This document shows positions 41,890 through 43,338 of a DNA stretch of 43,338 nucleotides, in pieces; the first letter of the stretch is position 1, and each line of letters begins with the position of its first letter. Both the position numbers and the translations under genes were made by a program. Origin of the DNA: Armatimonadota bacterium. GTDB taxonomy: Bacteria; Armatimonadota; Fimbriimonadia; Fimbriimonadales; GBS-DC. The stretch is taken from assembly GCA_040289385.1 (NCBI GenBank), contig PSLB01000001.1, forward strand, positions 1-43,338, given 5' to 3'. The notes under the pieces are model-generated. The model worked only from the letters and a program-made list of their open reading frames with translations. It had not been told where the DNA came from and searched no databases.

Positions 41890-42606
41890 GCTCACCATTT
41901 CACGGGCGGCAGCAACTGCCACCACATAGCGTGCCCCTGCCTGCTTGAGCGCACGGGCACAGGCATCGAAGGTGCTCCCTGTCGTGAACACATCATCAAT
42001 CAAGAGCACCAGCTTGCCTGCAAGGTTGGCGGAGGGCAGGGGTTCAAAGGCATCGCGCGTGTTGCGCCAGCGCGCAGGAGCATCCAACCCAACCTGCGAG
42101 TGCCGATAAAACCGTCGACGCACGGCGCGGGTCTCCACAGGAAGCTGGAGCGTGCGCCCAACAACTTGGGCAATGAGAGCCGCCTGATTGAACCCGCGCT
42201 GGGCTAAACGGCGCGGATGGAGCGGCATCGGCACGATACAGTCTGCCTGCCACAGGGGACGCCGATGAGGATGCATCAGCGCATCGGCGACCAGGGTGCC
42301 CAGCCAATCCCCAGCGCGTAACCAGCGGCGAAACTTCAGGTGGGTAATCGCAAAGCGTACAGGCGGTTCATAAGCACATGCACAGACCGCCTCGTCGAAG
42401 GCATAGGCGCGTCCGCGACAGTGTAGACAACCCTCCTCCACCTGCACTGCCCCACACCGCCGACATGCAGGAGGGACGATTCGCGGAACCTGTAGCGCAC
42501 ATGCCTCACAGAGAACCCACTGGTTGAACCGTCCGCATCCGACGCACCGACGGGGGTAGAGCCAGTCAAGCCAAGCGTCAACGTACGATCGCATCCACCA
42601 CAACAT
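41866..42606 (-). CDS. comF: ComF family protein (double zinc ribbon + phosphoribosyltransferase domain)
   Basis: The N-terminus has CVGCG...CEAC and CRRCG...CLHC. The PRTase motif is LVLLIDDVFTTGSTFDACARAL. Confidence 0.85.
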   Translation of the reverse strand: MLWWMRSYVDAWLDWLYPRRCVGCGRFNQWVLCEACALQVPRIVPPACRRCGAVQVEEGCLHCRGRAYAFDEAVCACAYEPPVRFAITHLKFRRWLRAGDWLGTLVADALMHPHRRPLWQADCIVPMPLHPRRLAQRGFNQAALIAQVVGRTLQLPVETRAVRRRFYRHSQVGLDAPARWRNTRDAFEPLPSANLAGKLVLLIDDVFTTGSTFDACARALKQAGARYVVAVAAAREMVSLPQEDAI

Positions 42607-42814
42607 CGCGGATGCCCGGCTTCTGACGCAAAATGCGACGGATAATCTCCAGCTCCTGCTTCACGTCCACATCGTGCCCCCGAATCCCGCGTACCGTTCC
42701 ACGAATGTAGACCACCCCGTGCATTACATGCGCATCCATGAGGGAGGTATCTAAATGACGCTTGTTGATCTCACGGAGCACCATACGGCGCATCTCTACA
42801 TCTTCTAATGGCAT
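42578..42814 (-). CDS. small BON-domain-like protein
   Basis: The 78-aa ORF has GGAGG 8 nt upstream. MDAHVMHGVVYIRGTVRG......PGIRDVVVDAI fits the BON pattern. Confidence 0.55.
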   Translation of the reverse strand: MPLEDVEMRRMVLREINKRHLDTSLMDAHVMHGVVYIRGTVRGIRGHDVDVKQELEIIRRILRQKPGIRDVVVDAIVR

Positions 42815-42926
42815 AGTCGTTCGCCTCCAATTCTATTTTACACCAGACGCCCGCCATTCCCTGCCGATTCCGCCCGACGTCCTGAGGGTGTGCCAAAACC
42901 TCTGCTCGAACATCCTCCCCAACCCC

Positions 42927-42956
42927 TTGACACAGGGCGACTCGATGGGGTATAAT
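42927..42956 (+). promoter_or_regulatory. consensus sigma70 promoter for tRNA-fMet
   Basis: TTGACA (42927-42932), an 18-nt spacer and TATAAT (42951-42956). The tRNA starts 12 nt downstream. Confidence 0.7.
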
Positions 42957-42967
42957 TGGGCACACAA

Positions 42968-43044
<77 letters not shown>

Positions 43045-43149
43045 TCTTTTTTTCTCATAGTAGGATTCTCCCCTTTTGCCCCGAAATACCGTTGCCGAGA
43101 ACATAGAAATCTGTTCCCGACACCCGCCCAGGCGGGGGCGCCGGTGCGC

Positions 43150-43338
43150 TTGCGCGCCGCCGGCTTCCCGCTTGGACTGCCGGCGAACCGGCAGACCTTT
43201 GACATGGGTATCTGCAGCGAAAGGAACCTTGATCCGGCCCGCTACCGTGGACAGTCCGACAATGCCCTGTCCAGGCTTCAGCGCGTAGGTGCGGGCGTCA
43301 TACCGGATCGATCCCAAGGCGGTGCGGGGGCAGGAAAC
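43150..43338 (-). pseudogene. TnpB-like N-terminal fragment, open at the right window edge and truncated next to tRNA-fMet
   Basis: The minus-strand frame is open from 43338: VSCPRTALGSIRYDARTYALKPGQGIVGLSTVAGRIKVPFAADTHVKGL... This resembles the fD.RTy...vsLsT..GRi.vPF segment of IS605 OrfB/TnpB. Beyond about 43170 the frame becomes low-complexity and then runs antisense through the tRNA. Confidence 0.4.

Overview
Bacterial chromosomal segment of 43,338 bp. It is moderately GC-rich and tightly packed, with many overlapping start and stop codons. I count about 40 protein genes on both strands plus two tRNAs.

Content from left to right:
- A partial APC amino-acid permease, then a truncated flotillin with its NfeD partner.
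- An ABC exporter with an extra N-terminal domain, a GlcE-like FAD oxidase and a dipeptide epimerase.
- tRNA-Arg(UCU), then an rlmN gene destroyed by a tnpB-only IS200/IS605-family element.
- An ECF sigma / anti-sigma / RseB-like operon and a C11 (clostripain-like) lipoprotein peptidase.
- A cyclophilin, a GAF/fRMsr-like protein, and a FadN-type 3-hydroxyacyl-CoA dehydrogenase/enoyl-CoA hydratase.
- An orphan PilB/GspE ATPase.
- A roughly 13-kb surface-polysaccharide locus. It holds a sugar nucleotidyltransferase, UDP-xylose synthase, a Wzx flippase, an unknown 544-aa protein, UDP-glucose and GDP-mannose dehydrogenases and three GT4 glycosyltransferases. A DD-carboxypeptidase lies inside it and a D-aminoacylase follows it.
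- An isolated nuoB-nuoI pair, metK, TPR and small membrane proteins, and an orphan FtsX-type permease.
- A CAP-domain protein, comF, a BON protein, initiator tRNA-fMet, and a TnpB-like remnant at the right edge.

The most distinctive layer is RNA-guided-transposon related:
- One complete tnpB element (8464-9883) has IS608-like hairpin ends, an in-frame amber codon and a predictable omega RNA and guide.
- Two copies of a second, miniature hairpin element (12334-12459 and 17353-17670) are present. One of them keeps only the tnpB 3' end plus the right end, which makes it a candidate orphan omega RNA.
- A third TnpB fragment sits next to tRNA-fMet.

I saw no CRISPR array, no rRNA and no recognisable defence operon. 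All product calls rest on motif recognition by eye, because no database search or folding program could be run.
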